This document shows, piece by piece, positions 12,862 to 24,112 of a DNA stretch of 64,000 nt. Made by a program: the position numbers and the translations under genes. Under the pieces are notes generated by a model that was not told where the DNA came from, did not search any database, and worked only from the letters and a program-made list of their open reading frames with translations. The stretch spans positions 12,772,001-12,836,000 of the forward strand of contig NC_086097.1 in NCBI RefSeq assembly GCF_963921235.1, given 5' to 3'. The stretch's first letter is position 1; the number at the start of each line of letters is the position of its first letter. Origin of the DNA: Mobula hypostoma. Its lineage: Eukaryota.

Positions 12862-13357
12862 GCTGCTGTAGCCCATCCACTTCAAGGATAAACATGTTGT
12901 GTACTCGGAGATGCTCTTCTGCACACCACTGTTGTAACATATGGTTATTTTAGTTACTGTCACCTTCCTGTAGGCTTGAACCAGTCTGGCCATTTTTCTC
13001 TGTCCTCTTTCATTAACAAGCCATTTTCACCTATAGAAATGCTGCTCACTGGATGTTTTTCGTTTGTCGCACCGCTCTCTGTAAACTCCAGAGACTAGTG
13101 TATGTGAAAATCCCAGGAGGTCAGCAGTTTCTGAGATACTCAAACTAACCCTTCTGGAACCAACAAACATTCTACGGTCAAAGTTCATTTAGATCATATT
13201 TCATTCCCAATCTGATGTCTGGTCTGAGTCACAGCTGAACCTCTTGACCATGTCTGCATGCTTTTATGCATTGAGCTGCTCTCATACAATTGGCTGATTA
13301 GATATTTGCATTTGCAAGCGGATATGCTGGTGTACTTAATTTAATGGCAATTGAGTG
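12862..13357. mobile_element. Partial Tc1/mariner-derived non-autonomous element
   Basis: Right end ggtgtacttaatttaatggcaattgagtg followed by TA resembles the fish Tc1 TIR (CACTCAGTGGCCACTTTATTAGGTACACC); left TIR absent. Confidence 0.65.
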
Positions 13358-13579
13358 TATATGCCAAGCTAAATATTATTTTAAAAACTTAACAAATTAT
13401 AAAAACATATATTTTGGAATTCACTATGTTTGGAATCATGGGCTCCACACACTGAAAAATAATTATATTAATGTTGGAAAGGTTGCTCAGCAGTAACCAG
13501 AGCTTAGATCTTTTAATGTCCTGCAGTTTCTCTAAAAAACACAGCATTTTCACTATACTTTACAGTGATGTGAGCTCGT

Positions 13580-14210
13580 ATGTACCTAAGTATCATAATA
13601 GTACACTGATAATAAATTAAATTAAATAAATGATGCAAAAATAAAAATATGAAAACTAGTAAGGTAGTATTCATGGTTCAATGTCAATCAACGGTTCAAT
13701 TTAATATCAGAGAATGTATACAGTATACCCCTGAAATTCTTACTCATCACCGACATCCACGAAACAGAAAAAAAAACAATGAATGAATGACAGAAACATC
13801 AGAACCCCAAAGCCTCCCCCTCCCCACTCCCATGCAAAAGCATCAACTTTCCCCTCTCCCCCTCGCCCACTTACACAAGCAAAAGCACCAACTCGCCCCT
13901 CCGCCCACCATGCAAGCAATAGCAAAGCCCACAGAGAGACCTTGATCTAGAGTCTGTCAACAACTGCAGTCCATAACCCAGCACTTCGATATCTCAGACA
14001 GGGTCTGAGTATAGGGGAAGAAGCTGTTCCTGAATCGTTGAGCGTGTGCATTCAGGCTCCTGTACCTCCTCCCTGAAGGCAGCAATGAGAACAAGGGTGA
14101 TTGGGGGCCTTAATGAAAGAATGGTGTTTTTTTGAGGCATCACTCCTTAAAGATGTCCAGGATATTACGGAGGCTAGTGCCCATGACGGACCTGGCTAAA
14201 TTTACAGCAT
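13580..14210 (-). mobile_element. Rex1-type 3' fragment split by a copy (13690-14005) of the 3586/8649 family
   Basis: gaagaagctgttcctgaatcg...ctcctgtacctcctccctga (minus strand: SGRRYRSL...FRNSFF). Confidence 0.6.
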
Positions 14211-15256
14211 AGGGAGGTACATGCAATTTTTACCATTGACTTCCAAATCTTCAATGCACATGATTGTACTTCAGAAGTTAATCTGGGTTTCATGCACCAA
14301 TGCCAGCAAACATTAATAGCTTTATTGGTCTTATAACCATTACAACCAGGCTAGTGTTGTTTGGCTGCCCAATGTCATACGACACAGAAATTACTGATAA
14401 AAATGCCTCATTTATTTTTATTTATAGTAATTCTGCATGATTGGATGGATGGATGGAATCATCCATGAAGATGTACCAGTAGCCAAATTTTGCAACATTA
14501 GCATGGACTGGTACTGTCATCACCTGACAAAGACCAACTTCCTCTGCAGTTCATTCACAAACCTGCTGTTTCATGCAGCTAAGTGAAAACTTTTGCTACT
14601 ACCAATAAAAGCACTGTAAAAATCTGTTACTTAAACAGGCCAGTATTTACATTCGAGGCTGTCTCTGGGTGGCACACGCCTATATTTAGCTCTAAAGCTT
14701 TCGTTTTATTTTGCAACAGTCAGTAAGATCAGATGGCTGCCTAGAATCCGATTAATAAAGACCAGATGAAACACAAAACCCAGCACAGGGAAGACAAGAG
14801 AGAAAAGAAACAACTAAAAGAAAAATGCTCTCAGATACTGTAAGTGGCCGAAGAATGAACAGAAGCAAACACTAAACACATCTCCACTGTGGCTAGACTC
14901 AAGAGCTAAAGCCAGTGACTTGCCAACAAATGCAATGGGCTATTAATGGGGTTGGCAAACACTCTTGAGTGGATGATCTTTTTACTTTAAAGTGAGTTGA
15001 AAACCGTTGAGTCCACACAAGAGATGTACTTGCTTTGCGACTTGACTTAGAATTTTTTATCCAAATAAGCAGGTGGCACGTGAAGTTTCGATTGTTCCTA
15101 TTCTTCTGAATTGCTTGATCTTTCTAAGCTGGATACCAGACCACATCTGAGGACTAGATGAACACACAGGGTCTCTCTTGCATCTTCTTGCTCCCTTGGG
15201 CACTCCTATTAACCCCTGTAGAGCCACAGTGGTCAACGTTGCTGAGGTGAACCCGT

Positions 15257-15557
15257 TTGAATTTTCCCCGTTTAGAAAATAGTCCTCTTTTTTCCTTTTT
15301 ACTAATGTGCATGACCATACACTTCCTGACACCATATTCCATCTGCCATTTCTTTGCTCATTCTCCTAATCTGTCTAATTCCCCTCTCTACTTCCTCAAA
15401 ACTGTCTGCCCCCCCACCTATCTTCATATTGTCTGCAAACTTTGCAACAATGTCATCAATTCCATCATCCAAATCATTGATATATAATGTAAAAGAATAT
15501 GTTCCTAACACCAACCTCTGCAGAACACCAATAATCACTGGCAACCAACTAGAAAAG
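15257..15557 (-). mobile_element. CR1 RT fragment
   Basis: ORF 15302..15544 FTLYINDLDDG...KFADN.KIGG. Confidence 0.8.
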
Positions 15558-16224
15558 TTCCCTGGGACTCATTGGCATTTAATAAACACTGGGATAACAA
15601 AGATCACATTGAGTCTCAATGAATCAGAATCAGGTTTATAATCATTGACGTATGTCATGGAATTTGTTGTTTGGCACAAGTAGTTCTGTGTAATATATAA
15701 AAATACTACTGTAAGTTAGAATAAGAAATATATTTAAAAATAACTAAGTAATGCAAAAAAGAGAACAAAAATATTAAGTTCATGGACTATTCAAAATCTG
15801 ATAGCAAAGGAGAAGAACCTCCTCCTAAGACATAGAGCATGCATCTTCATGACCTAAAATATTGACTGTTCGTTTCCCCCCAGACCTGCAGATTTCCTCC
15901 AGCAGCTTATTTCCTTTCTGCTTCCACCACTTGTGTCTCCATGCTACATATTGCATCATGGGTTTATCCAACGGAAGGACTCTATGACTCCCCCATAACA
16001 GAATTCAGCAGTCTGTAAAATGATGTGGTTGCAAGTTTAAGAAGACATCATTATACGCCATGTATCTCATCTACCATTTTTTATTTCTCTCTGCACAGTG
16101 GGTGTTTGATGGGTCTTTTTTATGGGACCTATTGGGTTTCTTTGTTTCTTTTGCTGATTGTAAGGTGACATATTTCAAGGTTATATAATGTATACATAAT
16201 AAATATATTTGGAACTTTGGTTGG

Positions 16225-16592
16225 CTGCATTAGCATTCTGCTAAGTTACGGGACTAGTAAATCAACGAAAACTTGGTGTCCTAAGTTCAAATTTTACGAC
16301 CACACATAGAGTATTTAAATTCAGCAAATTAAACAACTCTTTAAAGAAAAGTTAAATATCTGCAATGGTTATCACGAAGCTATTTTCCAAAAAGCTATTG
16401 GTTTTAACAATGTCCTTCAGGCATAGCACACTACTATACCTACTCAGTCTGACCTATTTGTGATTTCAGACACACTAATGTAGTTTGTCTCTTGAAGTTA
16501 TCCTTAGTTCAAGGGACAGTTACAGAGTGATGATAAATTCTGGCCTTGCCAGTAAATTCAAGCTCATTTGAACAAGTAAATAATTAAAAAAA
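16225..16592 (+). mobile_element. Old tRNA-headed SINE with L2-like 3' end
   Basis: ggactagtaaatc...agttcaaat (B-box-like), aatgtccttcagg, tggccttgccagt...aataattaaaaaaa; family recognised from memory only. Confidence 0.45.
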
Positions 16593-17586
16593 AAGTGACT
16601 GTGGCCTTGAGTTCAATGGGAAGAAAAACTTAGCTCCAAATTCCTTATTTGATTTCTTGTGATTTAGTCACAGAGTCAGAGAATAGTACAGCACAGAAAC
16701 AGGCCCCTTGGCCCATCTAGTCTGTGCCAAATCATTTAAACTGCTTAGGCCCATTGCCCTTCATGGGACCATAGCCCTCCACACCCCTACTATCCGTGTA
16801 TTGTTTTTCAAACTTTCTCAATGTGATATCAAAGTTCCTCATTATTTTAAAGTTCAAAGTTCTAAGTACATGCATTATCAAGGTATGCATACCATATGCA
16901 ACCATGATAATCATCTTCTTGCAGGCAGCCATAAGATAAACAAACTCAATAAGATCCACAAAAACGCACATACACACAAGAAAGACCGACAAACACGCAA
17001 TGTTCGAAAGAAGGAACGAATCCTGTAAACAATAAGAAAATAAACAAATAGCACACAGAACATGATCTGCAAAGTCCCTGAAAGTGAGTCCATGGCCAGA
17101 GAGCCAGTTCAGTCTGATGCCAGTGCAGCAGGTAAAGACTTCTGCACCTCACACCTGAAGATAGTACCAAGAAGAGAGGGAAACGGGTCAGACACAGGCA
17201 GACATGATGGGCTCAGGCAGGGATCCGAGCTGATACAGAGTAGTGAGAAGCACAGAGTAGTTAAAGATCGCTATTCAATCACTTTTCAGCTGACCCTTTA
17301 CAAAGGAGAGGTAGGCACAGTCTCCTCAAAGTAAAAGCTTGCAGATGTAGGAAATCTGCACTGGAAAAAAGTCATCAGTAATTGGCAAGAAACATTAGCT
17401 CTGCTTCTGGTTCTAAGTTGCTGCTTGATCTGCTGAGTATTCTCAGCCTATTCATTATTTTCTTATAGTTCTCAGTGAAGGGTTTAGTCCTGCCAAAGGG
17501 TTTTGGCCCAAAAAATCTACTGTACTTTTTTCCATAGTTGCTGCCTGGCCTGCTGAGTTCCTCCAGAATTTTGTGTGTGTTGCTAA

Positions 17587-18350
17587 GTCTTTTCTCTTTG
17601 TAGTGAAGGAGGATGAGAGGTAACTTGAGATGAGAGTATATTATTATAAGGGGCATGGACAGAGTTGAGAGCCAGTATCTTTTCCCCAGGGTGGAAATGG
17701 CTAATACCAGAGGACATCCTTTTAACCTGAGAGGAGGAAAGATTACAGGAGATGCTAAAAATGAAAAGTCCCTGAAATACACTGCCAGGGATGGTCATAG
17801 AGGCCAATACTTCCATTCATTTGTATGTGCCGTGTTGTATGAAGTGGGTGATCATGGTTTTTCCATGACCATGATTGTTCTTGGCAAATTTTTCTACAAA
17901 AGTGGCTTGCATTGTCCTTTTCTGGGCAGTGTCTTTACAAGACATGTGACCCCAACCATTATCAATGCTCTTCAGAGATTGTCTGCCTGGTGTCAGTGGT
18001 CTTATAACCAGAACTTGTGATATGCACCATCTTCTCGTACGACCATCCACCACCTGCTCCCATGTTTCATGTGACCCTGATCAGAGGGCTAAGCGGGTGC
18101 TACACATTGCCCGAGGGTGACCTGCAGGCCAGTGGAGTGAAGGAGCACCTTATACCTCCATCGGTAGAGACGTATCTCCACCCTGCCACGCAGCTAATGC
18201 ATTAGGGACATTTAAGAGAGTCTGATTTAGACAAACGGATGGAAAAAATAGAGAATTTGGGCAATGTAGGATGGAAGGGTTAAACTGATTGTGGAATAGG
18301 TTAAAAAGTTGGCACAGCATTGTGGGGCAAGGAGCCGGCACTATGTTTTA
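17587..18350 (+). mobile_element. CR1 3' fragment split by the 17813-18190 SINE
   Basis: MDRVESQYLFPRVEMANTRGH; resumes at ~18195 with gggacatttaagagag. Confidence 0.7.
17813..18190 (-). mobile_element. RTE-related SINE-like repeat (other copies 53235-53590 plus, 57355-57620 minus)
   Basis: Three homologous copies with (a)aaccactt(c)tgtagaaaaatttgccaagaacaatcatgg and an (aatg)n-type tail, similar to RTE/BovB-type 3' ends. Confidence 0.6.
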
Positions 18351-18422
18351 TGTTCCACTGACAAAGGTATCAAACTGCATGTCTTTAGAAGAGAAAGGAA
18401 ACAGGCTCTCAGGAGGAATAGA

Positions 18423-18656
18423 GTGTATTTAATATTTCAGTAATATTTGAAAAATATTGTGAATGTATTGTTTGATTAACATTCTTTGTTTATTTACCTA
18501 ATTTATTGTTGGTTATATGTATAAGGTGCATGAACGGCAAATGTCATTATGCCAGAATGTCATAGGTGTGTGCCTCACTAAAAGTAAAACAAAGTAGATA
18601 TGTTAATACCTGGGCTTCAGTGTTTTTCTTCTGATTAGTCTTGGATTTACATAACA
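18423..18656 (+). mobile_element. Solo-LTR-like repeat copy
   Basis: Homologous to 8551-9617 and 45629-45820; AGTAAA; ends in taaca. Confidence 0.5.
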
Positions 18657-18984
18657 TAATGGAGGAAACACAAATAGTTAATTGGAAAATTGCATACTCC
18701 GCATCGAAATCAGTAGAGGTCAGAATTGAACCCTTGTTGTGTCACTGACTTGGGACAATTTCACTAGTATACTGAGGTGTATTCAGCAGTTAAGGTCCTC
18801 AGCCATGGAATTCTTTCTGACTGCATTCTTTTCAGCATGTGCTAAAACATTACCACTTCTCTCAGAAATTTGTCCTTATGTGGCTCAGTTTAAGATGGCT
18901 TAGCTTCCTCTCAGAGTGAAAGGCCTTGAAGTGAAGCCTCCAACTTGTCCCACTACAGAGGGAGATCCAGTTCCTGATTATCAG

Positions 18985-19415
18985 ATTAAAATATTCAATG
19001 AAGAATTTGGACAGATTAGGAAAATGGGCAAAGAAGTAGAAAAGGAAATATAGTGCAGGGAAGTGTATGGTTATACACTTTTGCAGAAGGAATAAAGGCA
19101 TGGACTATTTTCTAAATGGGGAAAAATTCAAAATCAGAAGTGCAAAGGGACTTGAGAGTCCTTGTACACGATTCCCTATAGATCAACTTGCAGGTTGGGT
19201 CAGTGTCAAGAAAGCCAAATGCAATCTTAACATTCATTTTTAGGGGATTAGAATATAAAAACAAGGATGTCATTCTGAAGCTGTATACGGCATTGTTTAC
19301 CCACACTTCGAGTATTGTGAACAGTTTTGGGACCCTTATTTAAGTAAAGATGTGCTGGCAAGGAGTGGGTCCAAAGGAGATTCACGAGAATGATTCCGGG
19401 AATAAAATTGTTAAT
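18985..19415 (+). mobile_element. CR1 RT fragment
   Basis: Degenerate LDRL..WAKK...KCMV.HF...Q.DL.V...K.NA.L.FI.RG.EYK...PHFEYC.QFW. Confidence 0.75.
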
Positions 19416-20299
19416 GTCTCAACTGAGTCTTCACCCAAAAGATCAACAATTCCACCACCTTCACCCCCCCCCACCCCGCCTCCTCGGGATAGATTCTTCT
19501 CAACCCAATGACTTCCTCCAGCAGTTTGCTACCTGTGGCTCCTTAACCTTTGTTTGATCAGTGTTGTGGACAATCTCAAAAACTTGCTTCAGATTTCCAC
19601 CATTAGAATATTTTCCTTAAATGTTATTCTTTACTTGCGGCTGCTGAAATAGGCAGACTGATGTTTATTGTTAGAAGGGTCGAGAATGCAATATATGCAG
19701 TGTAATAATGGGAAAACAAACCTCCAGGCAATCCGTCATCATGAAAGGAGTCGGGAAAATTTTTGAGTTTGATAGCCTACAAAGCTATGGACCAAGGGGA
19801 ATAGAATTTAGAACAGTATAGCACAGGACCAGGAACCAAAAAATTGGTAATCCCTTCAGCCTATACAATGTCCATGCCCATGCATTTTTCTCGCATTCAT
19901 GAGTCTACCTAAATGTCTCAGAAGTCCCTAATGTATCTGCCTCTACTATCACCCCAGGTAGCACACTCTAGCAACCACCACTCTTTGTTTAAAAAACTTG
20001 CCGCTTATGTATTTCTCCTTTAAAATCATCCCATTTCAACATAAATGCATGCCCCCGGTATTAGAAGTAGGATTAGACTGGATAATTCCAAATTATGATA
20101 TGAACTCCGTTAGCCAACTAACACCTTTCTAACACCAGGATTCTATCTTTCACAAGTTTTGATAGATTCTCATGCCGTATCTCCAGTTTGGTCTGAATCT
20201 TAGCCAGCAACATTTTCAAATTATACATGAATGGACTAAACCAGAAAATTCACCAAGTTACCTTGTTTTATTTGTGTAGGCCTTAAAACTTCAATATTC

Positions 20300-20810
20300 A
20301 AGAATCAAGATTGTTTAATGTCATTTTCAGTACACAAGTGTAAAGTAGAACAAAATAATTGTAACTCAGGATCTGATGCAGCACAAAAACACAAGATAAG
20401 GAACACAATAATAAAAAAGGTGCAATAAGTACTGTATAAATACAAAAGGTAGCTTATACGCATAGATCAATAATACATCCATAAAGTAACGCTGGACACA
20501 GCAGTGCCTGTACATAAGGAGACTGACAGGAAATGATAAAGTAGTGGTGTTGGGGGTGTGAAGGGGTAGACTAGTGGGTGGATGTTACTGTTTTTGGGTC
20601 TGGTGGTCCTGGCGTGGATGCTACGTAGCTTCCTCCCTGATGTGTGTGGAACAAACAGTCCATGAGCAGGGTAGGTGGCACTCTTCATGATATAGCTGGC
20701 CTTTTCCCGACTCCTTTCATGATGACGGATTGCCTGGTGCTGGTGATGCATTGGCCAGTTTTGACTACACGTTGGAGAGACTTCCTATCTGCTGCAGTGC
20801 AGTTCCTACA
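20300..20810 (-). mobile_element. Rex1/Babar-type LINE 3' fragment
   Basis: ORF 20467..20751 KASYIMK..YPAHGLF...SGRKLRSIHARTTR.KNS; tail (tcttgat). Confidence 0.75.
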
Positions 20811-21786
20811 CTATTTATGTTTTCAAGACTGTGATTGATAGATTTTTGGACATTAAAAGAATCAAGTTAAATGAGAAAATATCAGGAAAGTCCAACAAAA
20901 ATCTTTATCAATCAGCATTGCTCCTGTACTGATGAAATTCATCCCTGTGGACTTGAAAACTATATTCCATCAGGCATCAGAAATGGAATTTGGTGTGGAT
21001 CAAACTATTAGATAAGGGTCAGAAACAAAAACCTGTGGAATGGATGATTACTTTACAGAATGTGATCGAAGGTATGGATCAGATCAAAACTTAGAGCAAA
21101 TTCTAGAATTAAAATAAGGAAAAGAATGAACTAATTGAACAAGTGTGAGGGACAATCCACAGAACTAAACTACATATTGCTGGATCAGATAGAAAATCTT
21201 GAATAGATTATTATACCACAGAAATTTCCAGAAGCAAGCCATGGAATGGATCAAATTATTACAGTATGAGAGAAATGAAATTGATGAACATGCCAAAGTT
21301 CCCTCTTTAAACTTTCAAAACTTCCAGTCTCTAATATTGTTAGAAAGACAGTAAACTGCAGCTTATATGGGATTAACGTAATCACTGAAATGCCATGAGT
21401 AATTGTAACTTAACAACAGTAAAGATAGGAAGAATTTGAACATATGTTTGGATGTGTTTGTGTGTGTGCAGAAAGAATGTCTGAAAATTAGAAACAAAAG
21501 GACAATTCAACAACCGGTGTCTTTACTTTCCCTCAGTTTAAATCTCAAAAGCAAATCTGGATAAAATGGTACAGAGACAGAGTGCTAAGAAATGTGTTAG
21601 ATCACAAGAAAGCAATTCAATCTATCTACATTTAATTGTTCCAATTTTATAAAGAAGCTTTCAAAACAAATTAACAGCATTCATTGATGTAAATTTATTG
21701 TTTTGAGAAGACAATCCTGTTTCTCCTCTTTCTCTCTCTTGTTTTTTCCTCTCCCTTTTTCTCTCTCTTTCTCTCTCTCTCTCTTT

Positions 21787-22281
21787 CCATAAGACCATAA
21801 GACCATAAGACAAAGGAGCAGAAGTAAGCCATTCGGCCCATCGAGTCTGCTCCACCATTTTATCATGAGCTGATCCATTCTCCCATTTAGTCCCACTCCC
21901 CCGCCATTTCACCATAACCTTTGATGCCCTGGCTACTCAGATACCTATCAATCTCTGCCTTAAATATACCCAATGACTTGACCTCCACTGCTGCCCATGG
22001 CAACAAATTCCATAGATTCACCACCCTCTGGCTAAAAAAATTTCTTCACATTTCTGTTCTGAATGGGTGCCCTTCAATCCTTAAGTCATGCCCTCTCGTA
22101 CTAGACTCCCCCATCATGGGAAACAACTTTGCCACATCCACTCTGTCCATGCCTTTCAACATTCGAAATGTTTCTATAAGGTCTCCCCTCATTCTTCGAA
22201 ACTCCAAGAAATACAGTCCAAGAGCAGACCAACGTTCCTCATATGTTAACCCTCTCATCCCCAGAATCATTCTAGTGAATC
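21787..22281 (-). mobile_element. Young CR1 3' fragment (same subfamily as 24113-26919) inside a (CT)n tract
   Basis: Near-identical to the reverse complement of 26430-26919; (TCTTATGG)3 tail. Confidence 0.92.
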
Positions 22282-23434
22282 TTTCCTTCTTTCTCTCTCT
22301 CGCTTTCTCCCTCATTCTCTCCCTTGTTTTCTATCTTTATCTGTCTCTCTGTCTCTCTCCATCTACCTCTACCTCACTTTCACCCCAGATGCTATCAGTC
22401 CTGTTGCGTATTTTCAACATGTTCCGTTTTAACTTCAGATTTTCTCATAGTATTTATTTTTCTTTACACTATTAAATATTACACTATTGCTCTTGACACT
22501 GTCTTAACCTTTCTTCTTTTACCTCGTATGAACCTTCTGGCAGGGCGTTGGGAACCAAAAGCAGTTATGTAACAGATGAGAAAGTTAAAGCAAACATAGA
22601 AGTTAATGAGAACAAGCTCAGTAGTCGGGGCGAGCTGGTCAGGGAGTGAGGGGAGTCTAATAGACCAAACTGCATTTATATTGCTACATGAAGACTGACC
22701 GGTAAGGCAGATAGACTCAGGACAAGGGACTGTGATATTATAACTATCACAGAAACATAGCTGAAGGATGAGCAGGGCTGATCACTGAATTTTCCAAGGT
22801 AGAGGCGACAGGCATGACAGAGGTACAGGTAAGAGAGGAGATGGGATTTCTTATTTTTATTATGGAGAACATCTCAAGTGCACCTAGAGAGGTTATTGAG
22901 GGCAAACCAGTGAGGCTGTATGGAAGGAATTCAGAAGTAGGAAGTAGATGATCACTTTGATGGGATTGTACTGTGCCCCCTACCTGACATAGTGGGAATT
23001 AGAGGAAAAGGTATGTAAGGAGATCACAGGTAGTTGTAAGAATAAAGGGGCTTTAATAGTAGGTCATTTTAACTTCCCTAGTATTGACTAGGACTGCCAG
23101 AGTGCTGAGCGAATGGATAGGGCAGAGTTTGTTAACTGTGCCCAGGAAAGTTTTCTCCAGCAATATGTAAATTATGCTACAAGAGAGAGAGGAAACACTT
23201 GACTTCCCATTGGGAACTGAGGCAAGTGATAGAGGTCTCTGTGTTGGAGCATTTTGAGACCAAAGACAATAATTTTTATTAATAAGTCTTATTAACAAGT
23301 CAAATTTGGGGCAAAGCTAATGTTGATGGCATTAGACAAGAATTTACCAAGAATGATGGGGAGAAGGTGTTTGTGGTTGAAGGCAAATCTGGCTTTTAAA
23401 AGTGAGTGAGTGTGTGTATGTGAGATATATATAC

Positions 23435-23654
23435 GCAAACACGAGGAAATCTGCAGATGCTGGAATTTCAATCAACACACATAAAAGTTGCTGGTGAACG
23501 CAGCAGGCCAGGCAGCATCTCTAGGAAGAGGTACAGTCGACGTTTCGGGCCGAGACACTTCGTCAGGACTAACGAAGGGTCTTGGCCCGAAACATCACCT
23601 GTACCTCTTCCTAGAGATGCTGCCTGGCCTGCTGCGTTCACCAGCAACTTTTAT

Positions 23655-23655
<1 letters not shown>
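23435..23655. mobile_element. Fold-back Penelope pseudo-LTR mini-element
   Basis: 84-nt inverted arms at 23480-23563 and 23572-23655; flanked by tgagatatatata repeats. Confidence 0.85.
23535..23570 (-). ncRNA. Minimal hammerhead ribozyme motif (one stem II mismatch)
   Basis: Minus strand reads AGUC-CUGACGA-AGUGUCUCGGCCC-GAAAC-GUC^GACU. Confidence 0.6.
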
Positions 23656-23656
<1 letters not shown>

Positions 23657-23701
<45 letters not shown>

Positions 23702-23731
23702 GTGTGTGTGTGTCTGTGTGAGATATATATA
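23657..23731. repeat. (TA)n(TG)n microsatellite
   Basis: Directly visible. Confidence 0.9.
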
Positions 23732-23779
23732 AAGCTCATGGCCAGCATGTTCCTGTGAGAATTATATTTCTACAGATTC

Positions 23780-24112
23780 CAGCTGTAGATTACCACCTAG
23801 AAATGAGAGGTCACTGCACAGGATAGTAAAAAGCTGCAGAAGGTTGTAAACTAAGCCATTTACATCATGGGCACAAGCCTCCTCAGCATCGAGAACACCT
23901 TCAAAAGGCGATGCCTCAAAAAGATGGCATCCATCATTAAGGATCCCATCACCCAGGACATTCTGGTGACTACCATCAGGGAGGAGGTACAGGAGCCTGA
24001 AGACACACACTCAACATTTTAGGAACAGCTTCTTCCCCTCCACCATAGATTCCTGAACAGACTCATGAACACTACATCACTATTTTTACTCTATTCTTAC
24101 ACTACTTTACAC
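23780..24112 (+). mobile_element. Rex1-type 3' fragment; its 3' UTR resumes at 26920-27040
   Basis: KLQKVV...IIKDP.HPGH...LPSGRRYRSLKTHT..FRNSFFP; tail aaagctgattctgatt at 27024-27039. Confidence 0.75.
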
